A stretch of DNA of 38,141 nt. It comes from a virus (lineage: Duplodnaviria > Caudoviricetes). The notes beneath the pieces were generated by a model. The model had not been told where the DNA came from. It searched no databases and saw nothing but the letters and a program-made list of their open reading frames with translations. The stretch covers positions 1 to 38,141 of the IMG/VR virus record IMGVR_UViG_3300029145_000015; one strand, given 5' to 3'. This document shows positions 17,827-27,572 of this stretch, in pieces; the stretch's first letter is position 1; each line of letters starts with the position of its first letter. A program made the translations under genes and the position numbers.

Positions 17827-20722
17827 AAATTCAGAGCCCCCGAAGAAGCAATTCATAACCGGGGAAAGGCCTGAGGTTCCCGGCACCACCGTACCGGAGA
17901 CGTCGGTAAGCAGCCACAACGCTTATGATGTGTTTGAGGCCGCGCAATTAGAGTATAACTTCGCGGCGGCGGGCATCCGCAAGTTAATGGAATCAACAGG
18001 CCCGGAGTACGAAATTGAGGCTGATCTCGATTATAGCCCCTTCTCCCCGGAGAATGAGGCCGAGATTGAGGGGTACCCGCCGGGTTTATTTATCAAGTCG
18101 CAGTCCCGGCAAGAAACCGAAGCCATGAAAATCGATTTTGATAAGGGTGTCGAGCGCCAGAAAATCCTCGATGAAGCCGGGGCTTATGGTACATTGAATC
18201 TCGTAGGGGCGGGTCTGTTCAACCCCCTAGCGTTGGTTCCTTTATTCGGTTGGGGGGCCGGTAGGGTATCTAATGGCGTTCAGGGTATGGTTAAGGGCGC
18301 TGCCTATGCAGGTGGGGCCGAAGCGGTTAATGAGGCCTTACTTCATGCTATGGAGAATTCCCGCACCTATGAAGATACTGTGGCGAATATCACTGGGGTT
18401 GCTATTTTCGGCGGTCTTCTCGGCGGGGTTATCGGCAAAGCATCCGGGTATGCTGATGAGCTTATGTCTGCCGAGGCCAAATTCCTTGAAGAACACAGGT
18501 CCGTCCATTTCCGTTTAAGGGGCGACCCGGACAAAACTATCGAGGAAATTAAACCCGGCGTCTATGAGATCGTCAATAAGGCGCTCAAGGACCGCACCCC
18601 TGTGGACCGTATTAAGGGGGCCGTCCCCCGTGCCATTGCACACCTGACTCCCATTAGGGCCTTAGCTTCCCGGAACCCTCTCACCCGGATTATAGCCTCC
18701 CACCTTGGGGAACAAACGGTTGTTGGTACGGACCGTGCCGCTATTGAGACCTTGCTCAATCGGATGGAGGGCGATCTGCAAAACGCATACAAGATCGCCC
18801 GGAGGGGTTACCATGATCTTGCGGGTCAACCGGGTTACGAAAAGTATACCTACAGGGAATTCCAAGAACAGGTTTCATCCGCCTTGCGTAATGGGGACGT
18901 TCATGAAAACCCCCAGATTGAGGCCGCAGCCAAGGGGTACCGCAAGCTCCTAAACCAAATGAAGGATGAGGCTGTTGAGGTCGGGTTGCTCAAGGGGTCG
19001 GACAATTTGGTTAAATTTGCGGATTCCTATTTCCCCCGTATATACCACATTGGCAAGATGCGACATAATCCGTCCCAATTTAAGACGGACCTCGTTACGT
19101 GGCTCACCAAGGACAACCCTAAACTCAAAACTGAAGACGCGGAGGAGATCGCCCGTCAGGTTTATCGGGACCTTACGACCAACCATTACCAGACTGAGTT
19201 TCACCGAGCTTTCGTTCCGACTGCCGGTCCGCTTAAGGGGAGGGAACTCGCCATCCCGGATAATGTATTGGCACCGTACCTCGTTAATGAACCCGAGGCC
19301 GTGGTAAGGCAATATACCCGGCACGTCGGTGCGCGGATACAACTCCACAAGCGATTCGGGAATGACGATCTGAAGGATGCCATTGAAGAAGTCGAAGATG
19401 AGTGGGTCCGGATGATTGATGAGGCTTCTGCCGACGGGGCTTCACAGGCATCTATCCGTCGTATGAACAGGGCAAGGGAGCGAGACGTTACTGACCTGCG
19501 TATTATGAGGGATCGCCTGTTGAACAGGTACGGCATTCCGGAGGACCCCAGTGGTATGTTTACCAGGGTTAACCGGGGCGTCCGTAACCTGAACGCTCTC
19601 CGTTTGCTGGGCGGTATGACTCTTTCCTCATTCCCCGACGTCGCCCGCCCGATCTGGAAACACGGTCTGATGCCCTATATGCGGGGTATCATGAAGGTCG
19701 CCACTAACAGCGATCTACGAAAAATGTCCAAGGAAGACCTTCACCGCATGGGAGTTGGTCTCGATTTGGTGTTTGGCCAACGTCTCCGGGCGATCGCGGA
19801 ACTTGACTACAATCCGTACGGGGTGTCAAGGGCGGAGCAAATCCTTGAGGGAATGACCCAAGGAACAGGTACCACTGGACGGCTTATGGCTGGGGAAAAC
19901 ATTCCGGATATGGGCAGATTCACGCTCATGTCTTACTGGAACTCGTCCTTGAAGATGCTTTCCGGGGTCCTGTCCCAAGACGGCTTCCTGCGCAAGGTCG
20001 TCCACTTCAAGAAGTATGCTAAGGACCTCAGCCGCGCCGGGATTGACGAAGATATGGCCCGCCGTATCGCCCAACAATATAAGAAATACGGTAACAACGA
20101 CAAAGGTATGCTCTTCGGTGACTCCAGTAAGTGGGATGATATCGACGCCGCCGAAGCTTTTGAAGCCGCAATCCTGAAGGAGGTCGAAACCACTATCGTT
20201 ACTCCCGGCATACTGGACCGCCCCCGGTGGATGAGCAATGAAATGGGTAAAACGGTCGGTCAATTAAAATCGTTTGCTTTCGCATCCACAAACCGCCAAC
20301 TCTTGGCCGGGATATCACAAGCCGATGCCAGGGTTTTCCAGGGGATTCTAGCCTCCACTACTATGGGCGCTGTATCTCTTGTAGTAAAGGGCTTGATAGC
20401 GGGAAAAACATATGAAGAAATAACGGGCAATGACCCGGCTGAATTCCTTTGGAGTTCAATGGAGCATTCCGGTGCGATCGGCATTGGGTCGGAGCTTTCT
20501 GATATCGCCCAATCCGCTTTAGGCGAAAACGCGAACCAATATAGTGCGGAGCGCACACTAGAAGGTAAAATTTTGGGGCCGACTGCCGGTACCGCTCAAG
20601 AAATGTTGGGTACGGCTTACGGTGACGTCGAATCAATGCGGCGTCTAATCCCATACAACAACCTATTTTATGTACGTCGGTTCTTTGATAAGGCCGTCGA
20701 AAACGCAGAGGCCAACCAGTAA
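17816..20722 (+). CDS. large internal virion/ejection protein (gp16-like)
   Basis: 968 aa with Gly-rich hydrophobic segments, YFPRIY and GQLKSFAFA motifs seen in podovirus internal proteins. Confidence 0.7.
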   Translation: MLIRNSEPPKKQFITGERPEVPGTTVPETSVSSHNAYDVFEAAQLEYNFAAAGIRKLMESTGPEYEIEADLDYSPFSPENEAEIEGYPPGLFIKSQSRQETEAMKIDFDKGVERQKILDEAGAYGTLNLVGAGLFNPLALVPLFGWGAGRVSNGVQGMVKGAAYAGGAEAVNEALLHAMENSRTYEDTVANITGVAIFGGLLGGVIGKASGYADELMSAEAKFLEEHRSVHFRLRGDPDKTIEEIKPGVYEIVNKALKDRTPVDRIKGAVPRAIAHLTPIRALASRNPLTRIIASHLGEQTVVGTDRAAIETLLNRMEGDLQNAYKIARRGYHDLAGQPGYEKYTYREFQEQVSSALRNGDVHENPQIEAAAKGYRKLLNQMKDEAVEVGLLKGSDNLVKFADSYFPRIYHIGKMRHNPSQFKTDLVTWLTKDNPKLKTEDAEEIARQVYRDLTTNHYQTEFHRAFVPTAGPLKGRELAIPDNVLAPYLVNEPEAVVRQYTRHVGARIQLHKRFGNDDLKDAIEEVEDEWVRMIDEASADGASQASIRRMNRARERDVTDLRIMRDRLLNRYGIPEDPSGMFTRVNRGVRNLNALRLLGGMTLSSFPDVARPIWKHGLMPYMRGIMKVATNSDLRKMSKEDLHRMGVGLDLVFGQRLRAIAELDYNPYGVSRAEQILEGMTQGTGTTGRLMAGENIPDMGRFTLMSYWNSSLKMLSGVLSQDGFLRKVVHFKKYAKDLSRAGIDEDMARRIAQQYKKYGNNDKGMLFGDSSKWDDIDAAEAFEAAILKEVETTIVTPGILDRPRWMSNEMGKTVGQLKSFAFASTNRQLLAGISQADARVFQGILASTTMGAVSLVVKGLIAGKTYEEITGNDPAEFLWSSMEHSGAIGIGSELSDIAQSALGENANQYSAERTLEGKILGPTAGTAQEMLGTAYGDVESMRRLIPYNNLFYVRRFFDKAVENAEANQ

Positions 20723-21000
20723 TGCCCAAGACTAAAAGCGGGGTTCGTAGCCCCACAGCACACAGAACGTTGGAGCAAATGCGGAAGCATGGCCGTACAT
20801 ATCAGGCCAGCAAGAAGCAAAAGAAAAATCGCGCCGCCCGCAATAATGCGAGGGCGCGTCTCATGAAGGAAGGTCGGGTCCGCAAGGGTGACGGAAAACA
20901 TGTCGACCATAAAAAACCCATGAGCAAGGGGGGTTCTAATTCGAAGAAAAACCTTCGGGTACTGACCCGTCGGCAGAACCTTCGGAAAGGTAGTAAGTAG
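20722..21000 (+). CDS. small basic HNH endonuclease-like protein
   Basis: HVDHKKPMSKGGSNSKKNLRVL...N motif. Confidence 0.8.
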   Translation: MPKTKSGVRSPTAHRTLEQMRKHGRTYQASKKQKKNRAARNNARARLMKEGRVRKGDGKHVDHKKPMSKGGSNSKKNLRVLTRRQNLRKGSK

Positions 21001-21274
21001 TCAGTTCCTCCAGCACGGCAGCGTTAAATACCATGTGGCTGCTGTGAAGGAGGCCCGACTCCGGGTCCTTGAGTTCTCCATTCTTCATTGCCATGGCGTG
21101 GCGGCAAAGGCTATCAAGAACCTCGTTCATATCATAATTCATCCAGCCTTTGTCCTCAGCGGGACTGTATTTTTCCTCCCCGAACATAAGAACCGCCGCC
21201 AGCCCGGATAGCGCGTTAGGCATGAGGAAACACTTGCCTATCCTCGGTTTACCTTTATTTTTGCGATCGGACAT
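20936..21274 (-). CDS. DUF5664-like protein (dATP/dGTP diphosphohydrolase N-terminal domain family)
   Basis: GKPR..L.P.AL...A.VL.FG.EKY....W ... DSL.RH ... DPESGL.H..H...N pattern. AAGGAG RBS before ATG 21274. Confidence 0.8.
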   Translation of the reverse strand: MSDRKNKGKPRIGKCFLMPNALSGLAAVLMFGEEKYSPAEDKGWMNYDMNEVLDSLCRHAMAMKNGELKDPESGLLHSSHMVFNAAVLEELTTYYLSEGSADGSVPEGFSSN

Positions 21275-21671
21275 GGTACTCTCCTTTAAGTATTTCTTGA
21301 AACTCAGGCCAGTCAATATTACCGTCCCATGTATGGTCCGCCATGACTTCCCAGTCATTAACTTTATCGCTGTCTGGGATGGAAAAAGGAAAGTGTAACA
21401 TGTATAAATCCCCTTCCTCCCATTTGGTCAACACGAAGGCCCTTGCGGCCACCCGGCGGCGGCGACTGAACCACCCTCGCTGGGACGGGCGTAGGGTAAT
21501 CCTGTTGTTATGGACGACCTTCAGCTCAATATCCCACGAAATACCAGGGTACATCGCGAAATTGACGTCGGGCCGCCCGATAGAGGTACCGGATTCAATG
21601 CGGTCCACATCACCCATGGAACGGAACCCGGCCCTCAGCTCATTAGTCCAGAACTTCTTCTCCGGTTTCAT
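21255..21671 (-). CDS. PD-(D/E)xK nuclease (VRR-NUC / Holliday junction resolvase-like)
   Basis: PEKKF, RIES..SIGRPDV, WDIELKV and LRPSQ.GW motifs. Confidence 0.8.
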   Translation of the reverse strand: MKPEKKFWTNELRAGFRSMGDVDRIESGTSIGRPDVNFAMYPGISWDIELKVVHNNRITLRPSQRGWFSRRRRVAARAFVLTKWEEGDLYMLHFPFSIPDSDKVNDWEVMADHTWDGNIDWPEFQEILKGEYHVRSQK

Positions 21672-22168
21672 GGTAGCGCGTAATCTACAACGGCGATTCC
21701 GGCTACAACATCTTCAACCATACTGGCCTGATCAGCTGGGAGATCAGTAATCATATTGGTATATTGGTTGGTGACGTATTGAAACGCAAAAACCCCATAG
21801 TGCCCCGTTTTGTATTGTCGAATCCATAGCCACGTTTCAATAACATCGGCTATCTTGACAATTTTCTGCACGGAAATAGGCCCGTCCCAATTATAAGGCT
21901 CCTTATTGGGGGAGGGTATATCACCCGTCAGGACTTCATCTACGTCGTGGTTTAGGGCAGAATCCAACACCGCATGCATCCACTTATCATATTGTGCTCT
22001 TGGCCACTCCTCCTGTGATCGGTTAACAAATGATTGGGCCAGCGATTGAGCAATCACTATAACCCCGTACGTGTGACCGGCGACCGTCTGACTCCGGGTA
22101 GTCGGGACAGTATGCCAGCGCTCAACCTCGTCGAGGCGGAGCCTATCTTTTAACGTAAGGTTTGACAT
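21668..22168 (-). CDS. datZ: HD-domain dATP triphosphohydrolase (DatZ-like)
   Basis: RWHT....QTVAGH, ALNHDVDEVLTGDIPSP.K and KIADVIE motifs; directly downstream of purZ. Start probably ATG 22168 (the ORF extends to 22192). Confidence 0.85.
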   Translation of the reverse strand: MSNLTLKDRLRLDEVERWHTVPTTRSQTVAGHTYGVIVIAQSLAQSFVNRSQEEWPRAQYDKWMHAVLDSALNHDVDEVLTGDIPSPNKEPYNWDGPISVQKIVKIADVIETWLWIRQYKTGHYGVFAFQYVTNQYTNMITDLPADQASMVEDVVAGIAVVDYALP

Positions 22169-23168
22169 GTTGGTACTCCGGGCCATAACCACAAAGACGA
22201 ATGCCGGTGCCGTAGGATTCGGCCACCCGGTCGATTTGATCTGTCAACACCCCGAGATGTCCCGGCTCAAGATAGTTACAGAAATTAAGGAACAGATGGT
22301 CCGGGCGACAATGCCAGAGGGATTCTTGCAACTGGCTGATTGAGAATGTGAACACCCGGCGCTCCCGTTGGGTCACGGTGGTGAGTTCGGGCGTTTGACC
22401 AAGCTCGTCCCATGTGAGTTCGGATTGGTCCGCGTAATTATCGCCACTATAACCGCCGGGGGTGTTACCGACCCGGATGGGGTAAGTACGAAGGGTACCC
22501 CACGTGTTTACCCTCACCTGCGGGAGGCCCATGTCGCTGAGCATCCGGTAGGGGGTGCACTCGCGGGAGGTACAGTAGGGCCAGAAGCGTTGGTTAATAC
22601 CGAGCGAAAAGCCCTGGCTCCCCTCTGCCAGCACCCTATCGCATTCATCGAGGTGCATCATCCATTCGTCGTGGTTCAGTACCACGATGTTCATGTCCGG
22701 GTGGTAGATTTCGTCGACCATGTGTTCCGCTGTGCACAAGGCATCCGGTTGCCGAGTCATTTTCTCGACCAGAGCTGCCATGGAACCCTGCATGGTGGAC
22801 GCAATCGAGTTCAACTCGTTCTGCTCCATTTCCCGGTGATAATCCCGAAGGATCATTGCGTTGGGGTGGATGAGAACAGGGGCCGTAATCCCCTCCCGGT
22901 ACATCTGCTCTATCTCCGCATGCAGGCGGGCGGGGTCGAATACAGCCCCCGGCCCGATAAAAATATAGCGAAGGTTCGGTGAAACAATGCCGTTAGGGAG
23001 AACCTTGTGAATCCACTTCCGGCCCTGCCGGTCGATGTATGTGTGGCCAGCGTTCGGCATATTGCAGGTGATAACACCGTCATGCCCGCTAGTCTCCGCA
23101 AGGTACCCCACCAGCAAACCCTTCCCGGTACTCCCGTACTGGAGGTCTACTACCAAATCAATTTCCAT
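22143..23168 (-). CDS. purZ: PurZ, N6-succino-2-amino-2'-deoxyadenylate synthase (adenylosuccinate synthetase paralogue)
   Basis: DLQYGSTGKG with Ser replacing the catalytic Asp of PurA GDEGKG; PNAGHT, EGSQGFSL, PYCTSR, ELTTVT..RRV; LNFCNY replacing the PurA TKLD GTP motif. Confidence 0.95.
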   Translation of the reverse strand: MEIDLVVDLQYGSTGKGLLVGYLAETSGHDGVITCNMPNAGHTYIDRQGRKWIHKVLPNGIVSPNLRYIFIGPGAVFDPARLHAEIEQMYREGITAPVLIHPNAMILRDYHREMEQNELNSIASTMQGSMAALVEKMTRQPDALCTAEHMVDEIYHPDMNIVVLNHDEWMMHLDECDRVLAEGSQGFSLGINQRFWPYCTSRECTPYRMLSDMGLPQVRVNTWGTLRTYPIRVGNTPGGYSGDNYADQSELTWDELGQTPELTTVTQRERRVFTFSISQLQESLWHCRPDHLFLNFCNYLEPGHLGVLTDQIDRVAESYGTGIRLCGYGPEYQHVKPYVKR

Positions 23169-25458
23169 CGTTATCTTCCTCTGTCGGTTGTTGGAATGAT
23201 AGGCCTAGTTCTCTTTTCGCTATGTCGAGACAAGTCTCATATGCCGGGACTAGGTAACCCGGAATTCTTTTACCGTTTGGTTTCTTGAACTTCATGAGCG
23301 ACATACCACATTGGAGCATACGCTTGAAGAATACATTATCTGCGATCGTCTTGCGGCGGTTATCCTTACACCAATCTTTGTATGATCGTAGGGCATCAGC
23401 TTTGGTTATCTTCTCGGGCCAGTCGGATTCATCATCGGCTCGGAAGGCTGGTATATCCAACACGCCCGTGGCCAATCGTTCTGACCACCATCCGGTGACT
23501 GAATCCATGCTACTATATTGCGCTCGCTGATCGAATAGAGCTGCGGTTTCGGGAGCCTTGCCGAGGTGACTCGTGATCTCTCGTTCAAGCAGCTCATGAA
23601 GCATACCGGCCAACCCTCCTTCCTGCTCCATCTGGCGATGAATCGCACTGAAGTATTCCCGATCGTTCGCCCGGTCGGGTTGAAGTTCAAGTACCAGCCA
23701 GCGTCGGGACTGGGGGCCAGCTGGTATAAACCAACTTTCATTTGAAGCAACGAGTAAATGAGCGCAGTTGTGGTACTGTATAGCATCGACACCCTTTCTC
23801 TCGGCAGTAATGTACCGTTCCGTAACAAGCGCCTTAAGTTTGCCCGCGACTTTACGATTTCCTCCGTATGTAACTTCGTCCGCAAAAGCCACGATGCAGT
23901 CAGCCATGTGGCCGTTGAATCTGCCGACCAGATGTTCTTCGTCAGTGATGTGCTTGTAGCTCGTTCCAAAGAGTTCACCTAGAAAGTGGGCGAATGTACC
24001 CTTGCCACACCCCTCAATTCCGTTCATTACGATAGCGGTACCGGGTGGATTAGCCGGGTCCTGCACTAAATTAGCCATCCAATCCATTACCCACTCGAAT
24101 AAGCCACTGTCCCCACCACATAGTATATCACGCACGTGGCCCCGGTACAAGTCCCAATTTCCGGGCTGCGGCTCAACGCTGAATCCGCCCCACATGTTGT
24201 AGTAGCCCTGATAGCGCTTCGGTTTGTGGGGGAACATTCCTAGCCCGCACGGGTAGGTGCGCCGGTTTTCATGGGCCAGCCAAATATCAGCTAATGACTT
24301 CTTGGTCACGGCCCCTTGGTCGTTGACTTCGAGCATCTGCTTATTCTCAAGGAGGGCGCGGAACCCTTGACGCTTGAAGATGCGGTACTTAGGCTGGATG
24401 CGCCTCATGACCTCCGGGACGTCGATTTCCTCCAAGATCATGACGTCTGACCCCATTGGTACTATAGCAAAGGTCTCATTCAGGCGCTCGATTATTTGCT
24501 CGTACTCCTCGCTGTTCTGGGGGTTCTCGGCATTGAGTAAATCCCACCCCCGGTTCTTGGCGTAGAAGATGAGGGTACCCATCCTGATGTTACCGTGCTG
24601 GTTGAAGCCGTTCCACCGCTGGGAACACTCACCCGCCTTATAACGTTCCCCCTTCTGAGACCATTGATCCCAAATCTCCATACCCTCTGGGTCCGGGTGC
24701 TGGGAGTGAATAGCCTGCCCGACGTTGAGCCATTCATCGTAGCTGAGTTCATCCGGGTCGATAATTTCGAGCATCCCCCGGACCTCTTCGATGCTGTAGA
24801 AATTCTCAATATCGTCGTCTTCTACAAACTCGTTACCTCGATTGCCACCCCTAGCGCCCTGTTTCCAGGGTTTGCCCATCTTGCTAATTAACCAATCTGG
24901 GGTGTCGGGGGTTTGGCCCCCTTGCTCCCATGTGTAGGCTCTTCCTTCGACGACTGAGGGCCAGACAACGATGTGACCTCCACACTTGTCAGGCATACCT
25001 CCACGGGTATCAACCCCGTCCGCGATCTTAGATGTGGAAGAGGTCGCATGTTCCCGCCAGTTGAAAAGTAGGTGCCTGCCACCGGAGGGCGTAAACTGAA
25101 CCGGACCCCGGAATTCGAAGTCTTCTGGTACGGTATTATCGAATGACTCGATGCCATTGGTTTCCCCATGCTTATCCAGATCGATTACGAAGATGCCATC
25201 CCGGCGACCGGTACCCAGCCCCACATTCCAACCTTCGTACTTGCCGTCAGGGCCGAACCATTTGGCGACTACCTTCGGGTTCTTGGACGCGTGAGTATAA
25301 TTAAAGTTGTACCTCTTCCCCGGCAAGGCTTTCCCGTTAGGTCTTATCGGGACGACGTATAGCCCTTGATTTGCGTACATGACCGCCGCCGCCAGAACTT
25401 TGGCATCGAGGTCCTTTATCTGCTCTATGTCTTTGATTTCACTGATATCAATTTCCAT
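23158..25458 (-). CDS. primase-polymerase / PriCT-2 / SF3 helicase fusion
   Basis: Prim-Pol motifs VIDLD, TPSGGRH, GVDTRG; PriCT-2 YDEWLNVGQAIH..WDQWS; Walker A GIEGCGKG, Walker B FADE and motif C ASN. Confidence 0.9.
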   Translation of the reverse strand: MEIDISEIKDIEQIKDLDAKVLAAAVMYANQGLYVVPIRPNGKALPGKRYNFNYTHASKNPKVVAKWFGPDGKYEGWNVGLGTGRRDGIFVIDLDKHGETNGIESFDNTVPEDFEFRGPVQFTPSGGRHLLFNWREHATSSTSKIADGVDTRGGMPDKCGGHIVVWPSVVEGRAYTWEQGGQTPDTPDWLISKMGKPWKQGARGGNRGNEFVEDDDIENFYSIEEVRGMLEIIDPDELSYDEWLNVGQAIHSQHPDPEGMEIWDQWSQKGERYKAGECSQRWNGFNQHGNIRMGTLIFYAKNRGWDLLNAENPQNSEEYEQIIERLNETFAIVPMGSDVMILEEIDVPEVMRRIQPKYRIFKRQGFRALLENKQMLEVNDQGAVTKKSLADIWLAHENRRTYPCGLGMFPHKPKRYQGYYNMWGGFSVEPQPGNWDLYRGHVRDILCGGDSGLFEWVMDWMANLVQDPANPPGTAIVMNGIEGCGKGTFAHFLGELFGTSYKHITDEEHLVGRFNGHMADCIVAFADEVTYGGNRKVAGKLKALVTERYITAERKGVDAIQYHNCAHLLVASNESWFIPAGPQSRRWLVLELQPDRANDREYFSAIHRQMEQEGGLAGMLHELLEREITSHLGKAPETAALFDQRAQYSSMDSVTGWWSERLATGVLDIPAFRADDESDWPEKITKADALRSYKDWCKDNRRKTIADNVFFKRMLQCGMSLMKFKKPNGKRIPGYLVPAYETCLDIAKRELGLSFQQPTEEDNDGN

Positions 25459-25461
25459 GAC

Positions 25462-27345
25462 TTACCCCTGTAGTGCGGCCCACCAATTTTCCCCACACCC
25501 GTTACGGTCGAGTATTAGTGGTACCCGGAGGATAGGACGCTCTATTTGACCCTTGACGTCCTTCCAACATTCTTCAACCTTATCCTCGTCTACGCTCATA
25601 CTATAACTATCATGTGTGTTGATGAGTAGACGCCCTCTATCACCCAAAGCCTCACTAACGAGAGACCAGTTTTCCTTATTTATATCGGCGGCGGTGGCTT
25701 GGATGAGTACCCCCGACGCCTTATAAGTCTTATGTTTCCACAGGGACGCAAACCGGAGTCTTCGTCCGTACATCGTGAATACGTACCCCCGGCGCTTGGC
25801 GGCTTTCTCTGCCTTCTGTGCCAATTCCTTTACGCCCCTTACCTTCCGGTGATAACTATTGATCACCGCCATAGCCTCTTTACCGGCCTTGAAATAGTTG
25901 ACTCTCTTGCCCGATTCGTCGGTGAAGTGGGCCGGGGTACAGGGCAGTCCCAATAAATTCGCTATAGCGCCGTTCCCGGAATTAAAAATCATTGACAGGT
26001 TCAGCTGTTTCGCATTAGCACCGCCCTTGGCATGCGGGTTTCGGGGGACTCCCATCAACTCCGCTACCCAACCATGGAAGTCGGTAAATGGGTCCTCCGC
26101 GTAGGCTTGTACCAGAGCGTCGTTGAATGCCCCCACTAGATGAGCAAAACATCGAACCTCGAAACTATTCAAGTCCCCGTCCAACCATTTCTGGCCCTCG
26201 TCCGGGAGGAAACAAGGCTTGACTATCGCAGCCACAGTCTTATTCCGATTAGGAATCTGCCCCAGTGCGGGGTCCACATAGGAGAACCGCCCTGTCTTGG
26301 TCCCGCCGTCGTCTCCGGCAACCTGATTGATTGTGGGGTATACCCGCCCATCGATGGAATGCCCGATCACATGCTTGGCAAGAAAGGTGTCCGCCGTCCG
26401 GATGAGGGAACGAATGTCGATAATGGATTGGGCCACTGGGTCTACGTTAACTATCGACTGTAGCACGTCATTGTCGATTGATGGATTGCCCTTTGGGGTC
26501 TGTTTGGTCGGATAGCCCCCGCAAATAATATATCCATCCTCTTCGTTACCTTGGGGGTTGAAGTATTCGCGAATCTGGGGGGCGGAATTGGGGTTGAATG
26601 GGCGACCGATTAAGCTATTAAGTTTAGATTTCTCTTGGTCGATCTTAATATGGAGTTCGTTCATGGCCCTTTCAGCCACGTCAAGGTCTACCCGGACACC
26701 CTTGATCTCTTGCTCGTAAACATGGGGGATGGTCCTGCGCTCGAATTCGCAAATCTCCCGTATGTCTTGGGCCTTAATCTCCCCCTCTTGCCAATGCCAC
26801 AACTCGAATGTACCCTCGGCGTCGATCTCGGCATAAGGTTCTACCATGCCAGCCGGGGCATGCTGCAGGTTGGGCATCTGGACGTTCCGGGTAGCCATCC
26901 CCCCAAACATATCAGCAAGTTCCTGGTAAATATCCCCGTATTTCTCCTTACCCAAGTACCGCTGCATGAGGGAGTCCAAACTATAGGACATTAGATGCTC
27001 ATCGATCAGACAAGCCCTAATTGCCACATCGTCCACCTTGGTAAGGTCAAAGTGGACTCCCTCATTAGCGAGCATCTTCAGGTCGAACGTGGCATTGAAG
27101 AATACCCACAGCGTTCCCGGATTACGGGAAATAGAATCCCTGAGCCATGATAGCGCCTCTGGTTGCTTGCGTATGTCGTAATACGCCGAAAACCCCTGCC
27201 AAGCAATCGAGAATCCGAACACCCGGTGGAGTTTAAAGTGCAGCCCGGTCGTCTCCGTGTCAAGGGCGACCACTGGCGGGAGGCTAGAAGGGAATGTCGT
27301 CGTCAAAATTATCTGGCCCTGATTTTTGTGAATTACCCGGCGCAT
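25462..27345 (-). CDS. dpoZ: family A DNA polymerase with 3'-5' exonuclease, DpoZ-type
   Basis: Exo motifs DTETTG, FNATFD, YAEID; TGRFS; motif A DLNSFEVR; motif B KQLNLSMIF; ASGVLIQATAAD; motif C HDS. Linked to purZ. Confidence 0.88.
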   Translation of the reverse strand: MRRVIHKNQGQIILTTTFPSSLPPVVALDTETTGLHFKLHRVFGFSIAWQGFSAYYDIRKQPEALSWLRDSISRNPGTLWVFFNATFDLKMLANEGVHFDLTKVDDVAIRACLIDEHLMSYSLDSLMQRYLGKEKYGDIYQELADMFGGMATRNVQMPNLQHAPAGMVEPYAEIDAEGTFELWHWQEGEIKAQDIREICEFERRTIPHVYEQEIKGVRVDLDVAERAMNELHIKIDQEKSKLNSLIGRPFNPNSAPQIREYFNPQGNEEDGYIICGGYPTKQTPKGNPSIDNDVLQSIVNVDPVAQSIIDIRSLIRTADTFLAKHVIGHSIDGRVYPTINQVAGDDGGTKTGRFSYVDPALGQIPNRNKTVAAIVKPCFLPDEGQKWLDGDLNSFEVRCFAHLVGAFNDALVQAYAEDPFTDFHGWVAELMGVPRNPHAKGGANAKQLNLSMIFNSGNGAIANLLGLPCTPAHFTDESGKRVNYFKAGKEAMAVINSYHRKVRGVKELAQKAEKAAKRRGYVFTMYGRRLRFASLWKHKTYKASGVLIQATAADINKENWSLVSEALGDRGRLLINTHDSYSMSVDEDKVEECWKDVKGQIERPILRVPLILDRNGCGENWWAALQG

Positions 27346-27559
27346 CTTTTGCAGTAAATGCGAGGGACATAAATTTCTGCCCAGCGATTTTACTCTTCTC
27401 TCCGGCAGTTTTTACCCACCCGGAAAGAAAGAACCCGCTGACGGCCCCACAATGAGGACACGCCACTTCTGCACTCCCGGTACGGTCGGGGGAGGATGAA
27501 CTCCTCTTATCCTTGTTCACATACAAGGTACCCGAATTGGTGTTATCGTAATTAGGCAT
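27284..27559 (-). CDS. small SSB-like protein with acidic DDDIPF tail
   Basis: YDNTNSG.L..N.DK....PD.TG...LSGW.K pattern and C-terminal FDDDIPF. CAGGAG RBS before ATG 27559. Confidence 0.65.
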   Translation of the reverse strand: MPNYDNTNSGTLYVNKDKRSSSSPDRTGSAEVACPHCGAVSGFFLSGWVKTAGEKSKIAGQKFMSLAFTAKDAPGNSQKSGPDNFDDDIPF

Positions 27560-27572
27560 AGTATCTCCTGAT

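Noticed and set aside
22143-23168. Ordinary adenylosuccinate synthetase (purA) auxiliary metabolic gene
   Set aside because: The catalytic Asp is replaced by Ser, the GTP-specificity motif is altered, and datZ and dpoZ are neighbours, all indicating PurZ.
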